Made by a program: the position numbers and the translations under genes. This document shows positions 35,420 through 43,884 of a stretch of DNA of 64,000 nucleotides, piece after piece. Source of the DNA: an uncultured delta proteobacterium (GTDB lineage Bacteria; Myxococcota_A; Polyangia; Fen-1088); the NCBI GenBank assembly GCA_963796685.1, contig CAWCMR010000008.1, forward strand, positions 64,001-128,000. The letters are read 5' to 3'. A model generated the notes under the pieces. It did no database searches and was not told the origin of the DNA. It saw only the letters and a program-made list of their open reading frames with translations. Numbering within the stretch: position 1 is the stretch's first letter; every line of letters starts with the position of its first letter.

Positions 35420-37522
35420 TCAGGCGGCCTTGGTCCAAGACGTGGGGTTCAAATCGATGGTGCCGGCGGGCTCGACCTGCGTGCCGGACACCAGCTCGCG
35501 CGCGGTCACGACCCACAGATCGGGGATGAAACGCGAGGCGAAGTCGTAGATGGGGCGGCGCAAGTCGGGCGACGTGACCAACGTCGTAGGACGACCGCTG
35601 GCGGCGAAATTTGCCGCGTGCGCCTCGAGATTCGAGATGAAGCGTTTGGCGGTGGCCACGTCGGGCGCCAGCGTGGCCTCGCCTTCGCTTTGCCCGAGCG
35701 ACTTGCGCAGAAGCTCTTCCGTGTTGCGGTCGAGGGTCAAGGCGTGCACCACACCCTTGGCGTCGGACACGCGCGAAGTGATCTGACGGGCCAGGCGGCG
35801 GCGGACTTGCTCGACCAGGAATCCCGTGTCCTTGCTGCGCGGAGCCGCATCGCCCACGCCTTCCAAGATGCTGCGGAAGTCGCGAATCGACAGGCCTTCC
35901 TTGAGCACGAGCCGCACGACGCGCACGAGCTCGCCAAGGGAGATCGTCCCCGGCACCACGTCTTCGACGACCTTGGGGGCTTCCTTGCCGACGTGGGCAA
36001 GCAGCTCCTGGATTTCTTGCCGGCCGACGAGCTCGTGGGCGTTGCGCCGCAACACCTCGCACAGGTGCGTGGTCATGACCGATGCCGTATCCACCACGGT
36101 CAGCCCCGCGCGTTCGGCGCGCGAGCGCTCGCCCGGGGTGATCCACAGCGCGGGCAAGCCGAACGCGGGCTCCTTCGCGGACAGGGCATCGGCGCCGTCC
36201 AGGCGTGGCGTTGCGCCCGCCGGATCCAGCGCCATCACGCGGTCGACGTAGGCGACCCCTGCGGCGAGATCCAGCCCGCGCAGCTTGATGCGGTACTCGT
36301 TGGCATCGAGGCGCAGGTTGTCGCGCAAGTGGACCGCCGGGATGACCAGGCCAAGCTCGCCCGCGATCTGCTTGCGCAGGGCCGTCACACGACCCGGCAA
36401 CTCGCCGCCGCGTTCGAGATCGATGATGGACAGCAGACCGTGCCCGACCTCGAGCTCGAGGGTGTCGAGATCGATGAGCGAGCCCAGGGTTTCTTGCTTG
36501 GGGGATGCCGCGGCGGCCGCTTGCGCTTCCGCGCTGGGCACGGGCTTACGCGGCTGGCGCCGCGACAGCACGAGTGCCAGACCAGCCAAGGTCAGGAAGG
36601 TAATCATCGGCATGCCCGGCAGAAGACCGATGCCGGAAAGGACGAAAGCCGCATGTCGGAGTGTGTGCTTCTGGCCGAACATCTGCGCGCCCAGCTCGGC
36701 GCCGAGCTTTGCCCCCGAGCTGGCGCGCGTGACGACGATGCCGGCGGCGGTGGAGACCAGCAGCGCAGGGATCTGGCTGACCAGGCCGTCGCCGACGGTC
36801 AGGATGGTGAAGGTCTCGACCGCGCTCGCCAGGGACATGTGGTCGCGCCCGAGGCCAGCGATGAGGCCGCCCACGATGTTGATGCAGGTGATGACAAGCC
36901 CGGCGATGGCGTCGCCGCGCACGAACTTGCTGGCGCCGTCCATGGCGCCGAAGAACTCGATCTCTTGCTCCAGGGACGAGCGGCGTCTACGCGCCTCGGT
37001 GTCGTCGATGATGCCGGCGGCCAGATCGGCGTCGATGGACATCTGCTTGCCCGGCAAGGCGTCCAAGGTGAAGCGCGCGGCGACTTCCGCGATGCGGCCC
37101 GAACCCTGGGTGATGACCGCGAAGTTGACCACCAAGAGGATGAGAAAGACCACCGCCCCGACGATGAGGCTGCCGCCGACCGCGAATTGTCCGAAGGTCT
37201 GGATGATGTGGCCGGCGGCGCCGGTGCCCGCGGCACCTTCCAGGAGAATCAGGCGCGTGGTGGCCACGTTGAGCCCCAACCGAAACAAGGTCACGATGAG
37301 CAGCAGCGAGGGAAATACGGAAAAGTCGAGCGGGCGGGCGACGTTGAGGGAGACCAGCAGCACCAGCAGCGAAATGCCAATGCTCATGGCCAGCAGCACA
37401 TCGAGGGCGAAGGCCGGTAGCGGCATGACCAGGATGGCGACCACGCCGAGCACCGCGGTGGCCAGGATGACCTCGCTGCGCGAGCGCGGATCCTTTCCGG
37501 CCAAGAGCGGCTTCGCGCTCAT
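35420..37522 (-). CDS. flhA: export gate protein FlhA
   Basis: RIAEVAARFTLDALPGKQMSIDADL, GAMDGASKFVRGD, TVGDGLVSQIPAL. Confidence 0.98.
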   Translation of the reverse strand: MSAKPLLAGKDPRSRSEVILATAVLGVVAILVMPLPAFALDVLLAMSIGISLLVLLVSLNVARPLDFSVFPSLLLIVTLFRLGLNVATTRLILLEGAAGTGAAGHIIQTFGQFAVGGSLIVGAVVFLILLVVNFAVITQGSGRIAEVAARFTLDALPGKQMSIDADLAAGIIDDTEARRRRSSLEQEIEFFGAMDGASKFVRGDAIAGLVITCINIVGGLIAGLGRDHMSLASAVETFTILTVGDGLVSQIPALLVSTAAGIVVTRASSGAKLGAELGAQMFGQKHTLRHAAFVLSGIGLLPGMPMITFLTLAGLALVLSRRQPRKPVPSAEAQAAAAASPKQETLGSLIDLDTLELEVGHGLLSIIDLERGGELPGRVTALRKQIAGELGLVIPAVHLRDNLRLDANEYRIKLRGLDLAAGVAYVDRVMALDPAGATPRLDGADALSAKEPAFGLPALWITPGERSRAERAGLTVVDTASVMTTHLCEVLRRNAHELVGRQEIQELLAHVGKEAPKVVEDVVPGTISLGELVRVVRLVLKEGLSIRDFRSILEGVGDAAPRSKDTGFLVEQVRRRLARQITSRVSDAKGVVHALTLDRNTEELLRKSLGQSEGEATLAPDVATAKRFISNLEAHAANFAASGRPTTLVTSPDLRRPIYDFASRFIPDLWVVTARELVSGTQVEPAGTIDLNPTSWTKAA

Positions 37523-38595
37523 CGCGCCCCCCCTGCAGCCCGCAGCGGGCTACGACCGAGCACGCGGTAGACGTAGGCCAGAATCGCGGCCACGGCCTTG
37601 AAGGTCTCCATGGGGACGCAACGACCGACCTTCACGCGCCGGTAGAGCAGGCGCGCGAGTGGAATGTCCTCGACGATGGGAATGCCGTGCTCGCGCGCCA
37701 GGTCGCGCATGATCTCGGCCAATTGGCCTTTGCCCTTGGCGGTCACGCGCGGGGCCTGATCCTCGCCCGGTCGGTAGCGAATGGCGATCGCGATGTGGGT
37801 CGGGTTCACGACCAGGGCGTCCGCGCGAGGCACCTCGACCTTGACGAGCCCCTTGGCCAGCTCGCGGTGCTTGCGGCGACGGCGCGCGCGAATCATCGGA
37901 TCGCCCGATTCTTCGCGATGGTCCCGCTTGGCCTCGTCCTTACTCATCTTCATCCGCTGCTGATACCGGTACCGCGTCAGTGCAAAGTCCACGCCGGCCA
38001 GCACGGCCACGGTCGTCAGGATCTTGGCCAGGCCGGCCGCCAGCGGGTGGTAGGTCGCCTCGACCTGCATGGCCGGCGACATAAACAGCATGCGCGGCAG
38101 CGACAGGAACGTGGCACCGAAGGCGCTCCACAGCGCCCAACCGAGTGTCAGCACCTTGACGAGGGCGACGCCCAAGTCGATGAACATGTCCTTCTTGAAC
38201 AGGCGCTTGAGCCGCCCGGCGGAGAACACGCGCGTGAAGTCGGGAAAGGTCAGCTCCGGCCAGAGGCCAAGCCTGGTCTGCGTTCCAAAGGCGAGGACCA
38301 CCGCCATGGCCACTGCCGTGGGCACGATCAGGGTGATGAGAGTCGGCCGTGAGAGGTAGGGAACCAGGCGATCCGCCGACGGATTTCCCAGCCCTTCCGC
38401 CGAGGCGTGCACCAGATTGGTAAGCGCGTCCTGCAGACCCCTGCCCACCAGGGTCAAGACCGCTCCCCCTGCCCCGAGCGTGGCCAGCATGCCCACGTCG
38501 CGGGACACGGCGATATCGCCATTCTCGTGCGCCGCCTGCAAGCGACGTTCACTCGCGCGTTCTGTCTTCTCGTCTTGTTCGGTGTCGTCTGACAT
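37519..38595 (-). CDS. flhB: export switch protein FlhB
   Basis: EKTE, TM segments, NPTH autocleavage motif, AKGKG, PLARLLY. Confidence 0.95.
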   Translation of the reverse strand: MSDDTEQDEKTERASERRLQAAHENGDIAVSRDVGMLATLGAGGAVLTLVGRGLQDALTNLVHASAEGLGNPSADRLVPYLSRPTLITLIVPTAVAMAVVLAFGTQTRLGLWPELTFPDFTRVFSAGRLKRLFKKDMFIDLGVALVKVLTLGWALWSAFGATFLSLPRMLFMSPAMQVEATYHPLAAGLAKILTTVAVLAGVDFALTRYRYQQRMKMSKDEAKRDHREESGDPMIRARRRRKHRELAKGLVKVEVPRADALVVNPTHIAIAIRYRPGEDQAPRVTAKGKGQLAEIMRDLAREHGIPIVEDIPLARLLYRRVKVGRCVPMETFKAVAAILAYVYRVLGRSPLRAAGGAR

Positions 38596-38613
38596 GAGGG
38601 CAGGCCTTGATGC

Positions 38614-39366
38614 CTACCTTCCTGCAAAGGCCGTGCGCGCCGCCTCCGCCGCCAGAACCGCGGCGCTTGGTGCCACCAGATAAAAGGCGCCACACCCGGC
38701 CACCAACGCGATGGTGAAGCCGATGTTGGCCAGGTTGAATTGGGGAGCAGCGCGGTTGATGAGCCCGAGCCCGAGGTGGCCGAGGGTCACCGCGGCCAGG
38801 ACGGGAAAGGCCAGGCGAACCGACAGCGCGAACGATGCCGCGCCGTCGGCGATCACGCGGTTCGCGATGGTGGCAACCGAAAAGTCCGAGCCCGGCGGGG
38901 TTTCCTGCACGGAACGGCACAGCCACACCACGGCGTCGCGGTGCAAACCCATGCCCAACGCCACGGCCATGGTCAGGAACGAGAGCAGATCGCCGATGGC
39001 GGTGCTCTCGGCCCCGTGCAGAGGATCGATGACATTGCCGAAGCTGACACCCGCGGCGATGGCGATGGCGCTGCCCGCCGCCAGCGACGCTTCGATGGCA
39101 AAGCGCGCGGCCAGCCCGGCCCCCACCCCCATGATGACTTCCATCGCCACGGCCGGGATCAGCTGCGCCGTTCGATCCCAGCCCGCAAACACCGGTGAGC
39201 CGGCGCCGAGGAAGACGGCCACAGCGATGGGTACGGAGAATCCCATGCGGACCAGCGCCGGGATGGTTTTGGTGCTGAAGATCGGCGCCACCATGAAGAG
39301 GCTCGTGCAGCGGACCAGCACCAGGAAGAATCCGACCGCCAGCGGTTGCAGCAAGGGGGCCAGCAT
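38614..39366 (-). CDS. fliR: export gate protein FliR
   Basis: ATG at 39366; hydrophobic, APIFS, DP, RAAPQFN. Confidence 0.9.
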   Translation of the reverse strand: MLAPLLQPLAVGFFLVLVRCTSLFMVAPIFSTKTIPALVRMGFSVPIAVAVFLGAGSPVFAGWDRTAQLIPAVAMEVIMGVGAGLAARFAIEASLAAGSAIAIAAGVSFGNVIDPLHGAESTAIGDLLSFLTMAVALGMGLHRDAVVWLCRSVQETPPGSDFSVATIANRVIADGAASFALSVRLAFPVLAAVTLGHLGLGLINRAAPQFNLANIGFTIALVAGCGAFYLVAPSAAVLAAEAARTAFAGR

Positions 39367-39370
39367 TCCC

Positions 39371-39637
39371 TCACGAGTGTCCCGACATGCCCCGGATCGC
39401 GGCGGCAAGGTAGTGCGATAGCCGCTCCAGTACCCAGGGACCGGTGAAGTACGCAATGAGCAGCCCGGTGACCAGTCGGGGAAGAAACCCGACCGCAGGA
39501 TCGTTGATCTGCGTGGCCGCCTGCAAGAGCCCCACCAGCAGACCGACCACCAGCAGCCCAATCACGAACGGCCCTCCCACCGCGGCCAGCACGCCGAAGC
39601 CTTCACGCATGAGGCTGGAGGGCAAATCGGTGGACAT
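39371..39637 (-). CDS. fliQ: export gate protein FliQ
   Basis: ATG at 39637; VGLLVGLLQAATQIND...FLPRL. Confidence 0.92.
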   Translation of the reverse strand: MSTDLPSSLMREGFGVLAAVGGPFVIGLLVVGLLVGLLQAATQINDPAVGFLPRLVTGLLIAYFTGPWVLERLSHYLAAAIRGMSGHS

Positions 39638-40323
39638 CAGAAACTCCGCACCAGCGACGACACGACCAGGTGCCAACCGCCGGCGAGCAGAAACACCCCG
39701 AGCTTGAGCGGCATGGCGATCAGGGTTGGCGGCACCATCATCATCCCGAGCGACATCATGATGACCGACACCAGGAGGTCGATGAGCACCATGGGGATGA
39801 ACAGGTAAAGCCCCATGCGAAACGCGGTGCCCAGCTCGGAAATCATGAACGACGGCACGAGCACGGTGAAGGGAACGGCCTCCCCGCGCGCCGGACGAGG
39901 CGCGTTCGACACCTCGAAGAACAGACGCAAGTCGTCTTCCTTGGTTTGCTTGAGCATCCATTCGGACAGCGGCGCCTGCGCGCGGTCCAGGGCTTCACCG
40001 ACGGAGATCTTGTCCTCCATGAGCGGCGCCAGGGCCTGTTCCTGAATCTTGTGCACCGTGGGCGCCATGATGAACAGGGTCATGAAGAGCGACAGTCCGA
40101 TGAGGATTTGGTTGGGTGGCAGTTGCGGCGTGCCCAAGGCCTGCCGAAGAAACGAGAACACGATGATGATGCGGGTGAACGAGGTGACCGACAGGATGAT
40201 GGCGGTGCCGAACGACAGCGCAGTCAGGACCAGGAACAGCTTGACCGCGGTCGACCCGTTGCCAGCCACGGTTTGCAGGCTGGTGTTGGCGAGATTGGCC
40301 AGGGATGGTGCGGCGGCGGGCAT
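39637..40323 (-). CDS. fliP: export gate protein FliP
   Basis: TSFTRIIIV, PPNQIL, PSFMISEL, LGMMMVPP, GWHLVV. Confidence 0.97.
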   Translation of the reverse strand: MPAAAPSLANLANTSLQTVAGNGSTAVKLFLVLTALSFGTAIILSVTSFTRIIIVFSFLRQALGTPQLPPNQILIGLSLFMTLFIMAPTVHKIQEQALAPLMEDKISVGEALDRAQAPLSEWMLKQTKEDDLRLFFEVSNAPRPARGEAVPFTVLVPSFMISELGTAFRMGLYLFIPMVLIDLLVSVIMMSLGMMMVPPTLIAMPLKLGVFLLAGGWHLVVSSLVRSF

Positions 40324-40325
40324 GT

Positions 40326-41579
40326 CTACGCGACCCGTCCCGCCTCGCCGAGCGACAACTTGCGACGCAGCTCCTGGTCTTCCAGGCTCTCGGCCAAAAG
40401 CTGGTCGAATTCATGTCCACGCCGAGCCGACTCGGAGGGCGTGGTCCCCCGCTGGAAAAGGCGACCGAGCAGCGACCCCTCGTGCCTGGCGTCGTCGGCC
40501 GCGTCCGCGCGAGCCTCGGTATGATTGGTCACCATTCCGCGCAGGCCCAGCGCCGCTTCCTCGAAATTCGAGGGCTGCCCCCTCTCCGGCATGGCAGGGA
40601 CGCCCGGAGGACCGGCTTGCGCGTCGAGCAGAGACACGCCCGCCTCGCTCACGCCGAGCACCATGGTGCGGCCGCCTATGCAGGCCACGACCAACGAGCG
40701 ACGCGGCCCGATCGACGCGGTTTCGACGATGCGGATCATGCGCACGCGCGTGGACCGGCGGCGCGCGAAGAGCACGGCCGCCACCCCCAGCCCGGCAAGA
40801 AGGGCAACCGCCAGCAAGACCGAGGGCGCACCCGAGGTGGGCTTGCCCTGGCTGCCCGAATTGCCGGACGACGATGGGCCGGACGATTCGGTAGAAGCGA
40901 CGGCCGCGATGGGAGCGTCGGGCTGGGTGGTCGGTGCCAGGGGCGCGGCCTTGGCCGACGCCGCAGCCAGCGGGCCCGCGTTCGCCGGTGCTGGCCCTGT
41001 GGCGGTCCCCGTCGCATCGCCACCGGAACCCTTCTGGCCCGCGGAATCGACCGCCGTGCCGTCGGCCTCCTTTTCCGAGTCCGAGGCCCCCGCCGGCAGC
41101 GACAGCACCGCCCGCAAGGAATCGGCCCGGGCTCGACCACGCCCGAGCGCGGCCGACGGCGCATCCGGCGAAGGTTCCTCCGTTTCGGCCTTGCCCGGCA
41201 AACGAACCGGAGGGGGAATCATGGCGGCGATCGTCCTACTGCCGCGACATATCGCCCGCACGCGAACCCCCGCTGACGTGGACTCTACGGACATGGGCTC
41301 CGCGCAGCGTCCATCCGTCGGAATCTCCAATTTCGTGTAGCGCGCCCTTGGATGGACCACGATGGCTTCCGGGCCGCTGCCGAACGACTTCCGGCTGGCC
41401 GAGGTTCCTTGCACGTAGACGAACATGCGCCGCGAGCCGCCGGACACGCCGCGCACATCCGCGCGGGCAACCGGCTCGGAGGTGGCGACATCCACGGTTA
41501 GGACATCGCCTGAGCTCTCGCTCCTGACATCGTTGATGAGGACCGCAACCAAAGGCAAGCAGGCAAGATGAAGAAACAT
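40326..41579 (-). CDS. fliO: FliO with large N-terminal extracytoplasmic extension
   Basis: Between fliN and fliP; TM followed by IRIVETASIGPRRSLVV..LGVSE. Confidence 0.8.
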   Translation of the reverse strand: MFLHLACLPLVAVLINDVRSESSGDVLTVDVATSEPVARADVRGVSGGSRRMFVYVQGTSASRKSFGSGPEAIVVHPRARYTKLEIPTDGRCAEPMSVESTSAGVRVRAICRGSRTIAAMIPPPVRLPGKAETEEPSPDAPSAALGRGRARADSLRAVLSLPAGASDSEKEADGTAVDSAGQKGSGGDATGTATGPAPANAGPLAAASAKAAPLAPTTQPDAPIAAVASTESSGPSSSGNSGSQGKPTSGAPSVLLAVALLAGLGVAAVLFARRRSTRVRMIRIVETASIGPRRSLVVACIGGRTMVLGVSEAGVSLLDAQAGPPGVPAMPERGQPSNFEEAALGLRGMVTNHTEARADAADDARHEGSLLGRLFQRGTTPSESARRGHEFDQLLAESLEDQELRRKLSLGEAGRVA

Positions 41580-41591
41580 GGGAACCTCCGC

Positions 41592-41894
41592 TTAGCGCAA
41601 CCGCGCGATTCGTTCGGACGGGCTGACGATGTCGGTGATACGCACGCCGAACTTGTCGTTGACGACGACGGCTTCGCCACGTGCGACCAGACGGCCGTTG
41701 ACCATGAAATCGAGTGGCTCGCCCGCGATCTTGTCCAGCTCGATGACCGATCCCGGGCTCATGTTGAGCAGATCCTGAATGGACATGCGGGCGCGCCCCA
41801 GCTCGACCGAAAGATCGAGGGGGACGTCGAGCAGCAGGTCCAGCTTTCTCGGGGATGCCGATTCGCCACTCGTGCCAAGATTCTCGTCTGCCAT
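41592..41894 (-). CDS. fliN: motor switch protein FliN
   Basis: LLDVPLDLSVELG, GEAVVVNDKFGVRI. Confidence 0.97.
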   Translation of the reverse strand: MADENLGTSGESASPRKLDLLLDVPLDLSVELGRARMSIQDLLNMSPGSVIELDKIAGEPLDFMVNGRLVARGEAVVVNDKFGVRITDIVSPSERIARLR

Positions 41895-41909
41895 GGATTT
41901 CCTCGTCGA

Positions 41910-42962
41910 TTAGGTTGTGGTCTGCGCAGAAGGCGCGAAGGCTTGTCCCGCCGCCCGGGCGGCGCGTGTGGCTTGAGGTGGTTGCGCGATGGCCTTCAGA
42001 ATCTCGATGGCCATGCCTCCGCCCACCACGCGAGGAGAGGCGGTCATCTTCTGGCGCCCTTGCACGAACACCGGCAGGGGCGACCCCTCGCTGGTGTTGA
42101 GCGTGATGACGTCGCCGGCCTTGAGCTCGAGGAGATCGCCGAGCTGCAACGAGCGGTGGCCGATTTCCACGCGCAACTCGACCTCCACGGCTTCGATCTC
42201 GCGCGCCAGGGCCTGGGAAAACCTGGCGTCACGCTGCCCGCCGAGGCGGGGCGGCGAGGTGAGCAGCTTCTTGGCCGGCTCGACGGCGGCGTACGGGATG
42301 GCCAGCATGAGCTTGCCGTCGAGCGCGCCCGTCACCTCGAAGGAGCAAAGAATGGCCACGTCGGACGGTGTCGCGATGATCGCCATGCGCGGATCCGATT
42401 CGAAGCGCAAGACCTCGGGCTTGAAAGCGAGGACGCCTTCCCAGGCCACGGCCATACCGTCGGCGAGGATGCCGAGCAGGTGCTTGAGGACCAGCTTCTC
42501 GACGTTGGTAAGCTCGTTGCGCTGTTCCGGGCTCGGCGCCGCCGCGGCCGCGCTGCGATCCCCGAGCGCGGCCCCCAGCAGCCCGCGCGTGAGCGATCCC
42601 TCCATGACGGTCAACGCGAGGCCGTGTCCCGCGCCGAGACTCAACACACCGGTGACCGTCTGGTCGGCCACGGTTCCCGTGACCTCGGCGAATTTCATGA
42701 GCACGGCCGGAGTCGAGGCCACACGCAACTCGAGACGCAAGCGCCCGCCCAGGGCCTTGGCAAAGGTGGTGGCGATACGCTCGTTGATGGAGTCGAGCGT
42801 CGGCATCTGGCCACGGATGATGCGGTCTTGGCTTGTGAGATCGTACTGCACTACCGAACCGTCGCCCGCCTCGCCGCCGCCGCTCGGGTCGGGCCCGACG
42901 CGCCCTTCCTGAATCGCCTGCATCAGGGCTTCGAGCTCTTGTGCGTCGAGTGGGGAGGCCAT
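41910..42962 (-). CDS. fliM: motor switch protein FliM
   Basis: YDL, RGQMPTLDSINER, IPY..EP, C-terminal SpoA domain (LKAGDVI). Confidence 0.92.
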   Translation of the reverse strand: MASPLDAQELEALMQAIQEGRVGPDPSGGGEAGDGSVVQYDLTSQDRIIRGQMPTLDSINERIATTFAKALGGRLRLELRVASTPAVLMKFAEVTGTVADQTVTGVLSLGAGHGLALTVMEGSLTRGLLGAALGDRSAAAAAPSPEQRNELTNVEKLVLKHLLGILADGMAVAWEGVLAFKPEVLRFESDPRMAIIATPSDVAILCSFEVTGALDGKLMLAIPYAAVEPAKKLLTSPPRLGGQRDARFSQALAREIEAVEVELRVEIGHRSLQLGDLLELKAGDVITLNTSEGSPLPVFVQGRQKMTASPRVVGGGMAIEILKAIAQPPQATRAARAAGQAFAPSAQTTT

Positions 42963-42992
42963 GGTTGCGTTCTCCGTGGGTGGGGCCGCTTG

Positions 42993-43592
42993 CTATTGAA
43001 TGACCAGCTCGGTGATGAAGACGGATTTCACACGATGCGCGGCCAGGATGTCGTCGAGCTTCTTCGAAACGGCGAGCTTGATGCGCTCCATGCCTTCGCT
43101 GCCGCGCAGCTCGTCGAGAGAGCGGTCCGAGAAGTAGGAAATGATGGCGTCGCGAATGTGCGGCATGCGGGCCTGCACCATCGCGCGGTCGGCTTCGGTG
43201 CCGAGCTCCAGATCGAAAGCCACGCGCACATAGCGGTCGGTGTCCGTGCCGCGTAGTTGAATGATGAAGTTTTCCAGCTTGAGAATCGGGCCCGGAACCC
43301 CATTGGGATCCGCAGCCTGCGTGGACTCGCCGGTACCCTCGCCGTGTCCGCCTCCTTCCTCCTTGCCACCCTCCTTGCCGCCCTCCTTGCCGCTTGGGGC
43401 TGTCGAATTGGCGGATGACTGCGCGGGCTGCACGACCACAGCTCCCGCGGGCGCGGGCTTGCGCAACAACACCACGGCCAGCACCGCGCCCATGAGCAGC
43501 GTGTTCGCGACCAGGATCATCGGTATCAGCTTGCTCGGACCTTGCGGAGCCTTCGCGGCCGGTGGCGCTTCTTCCTTGGTGTTTTCCGCCAT
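42993..43592 (-). CDS. fliL: flagellar protein FliL
   Basis: ATG at 43592 after GGAGGA; single TM, FIIQL, IRDAII, VFITELVIQ. Confidence 0.92.
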   Translation of the reverse strand: MAENTKEEAPPAAKAPQGPSKLIPMILVANTLLMGAVLAVVLLRKPAPAGAVVVQPAQSSANSTAPSGKEGGKEGGKEEGGGHGEGTGESTQAADPNGVPGPILKLENFIIQLRGTDTDRYVRVAFDLELGTEADRAMVQARMPHIRDAIISYFSDRSLDELRGSEGMERIKLAVSKKLDDILAAHRVKSVFITELVIQ

Positions 43593-43619
43593 AACGAGAT
43601 TCCTCCAGCACCCTCCCAC

Positions 43620-43635
43620 AGCAAAGAGCGTACCG
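43620..43635 (-). promoter_or_regulatory. sigma54 promoter for fliL operon
   Basis: Reverse strand CGGTAC-GCTCT-TTGCT with GG-N10-GC spacing. Confidence 0.7.
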
Positions 43636-43638
43636 TCG

Positions 43639-43662
43639 CCACATCGGCCACCACATCGGCCA
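43639..43662. repeat. 12-bp direct repeat CCACATCGGCCA x2
   Basis: Perfect tandem duplication immediately upstream of the fliL -24 element. Confidence 0.8.
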
Positions 43663-43884
43663 TTTCCGCGGACTTCGCGCGCCAGAGCGGTGACACACGG
43701 CCCGGATCGCGTCAGGTTGTTGGCTTCCCTGCCGCCCGGATTCTGGCACGCGAGACTTCGCCTCAAGTGTGCGGACGATCCGCCGATGGTTGTCGTGGGT
43801 TGGTCCAAGACCGCTCGCCAGGGCAAGACAACTTCAAGCCTCGGGGACACGCATGGGCATCACCGTCGAGGACAAGCAAGGCTC

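Noticed and set aside
35081-37601. Long + strand ORFs opposite flhA
   Set aside because: Antisense shadows of a conserved gene
43361-43393. 12-bp repeats in fliL
   Set aside because: Encode a GGKE linker; ordinary low-complexity coding repeat, not CRISPR
41568-43749. 562-aa and 506-aa ORFs over fliN-fliL
   Set aside because: Alternate-frame or antisense shadows, Arg/Gly-rich with no domain signal
43744-43760. TGGCACG upstream of the hybrid kinase
   Set aside because: No GC at the -12 position
43261-43884. N-terminal extension of the 974-aa kinase ORF
   Set aside because: Overlaps fliL and its promoter on the other strand; receiver-like domain starts near 43900
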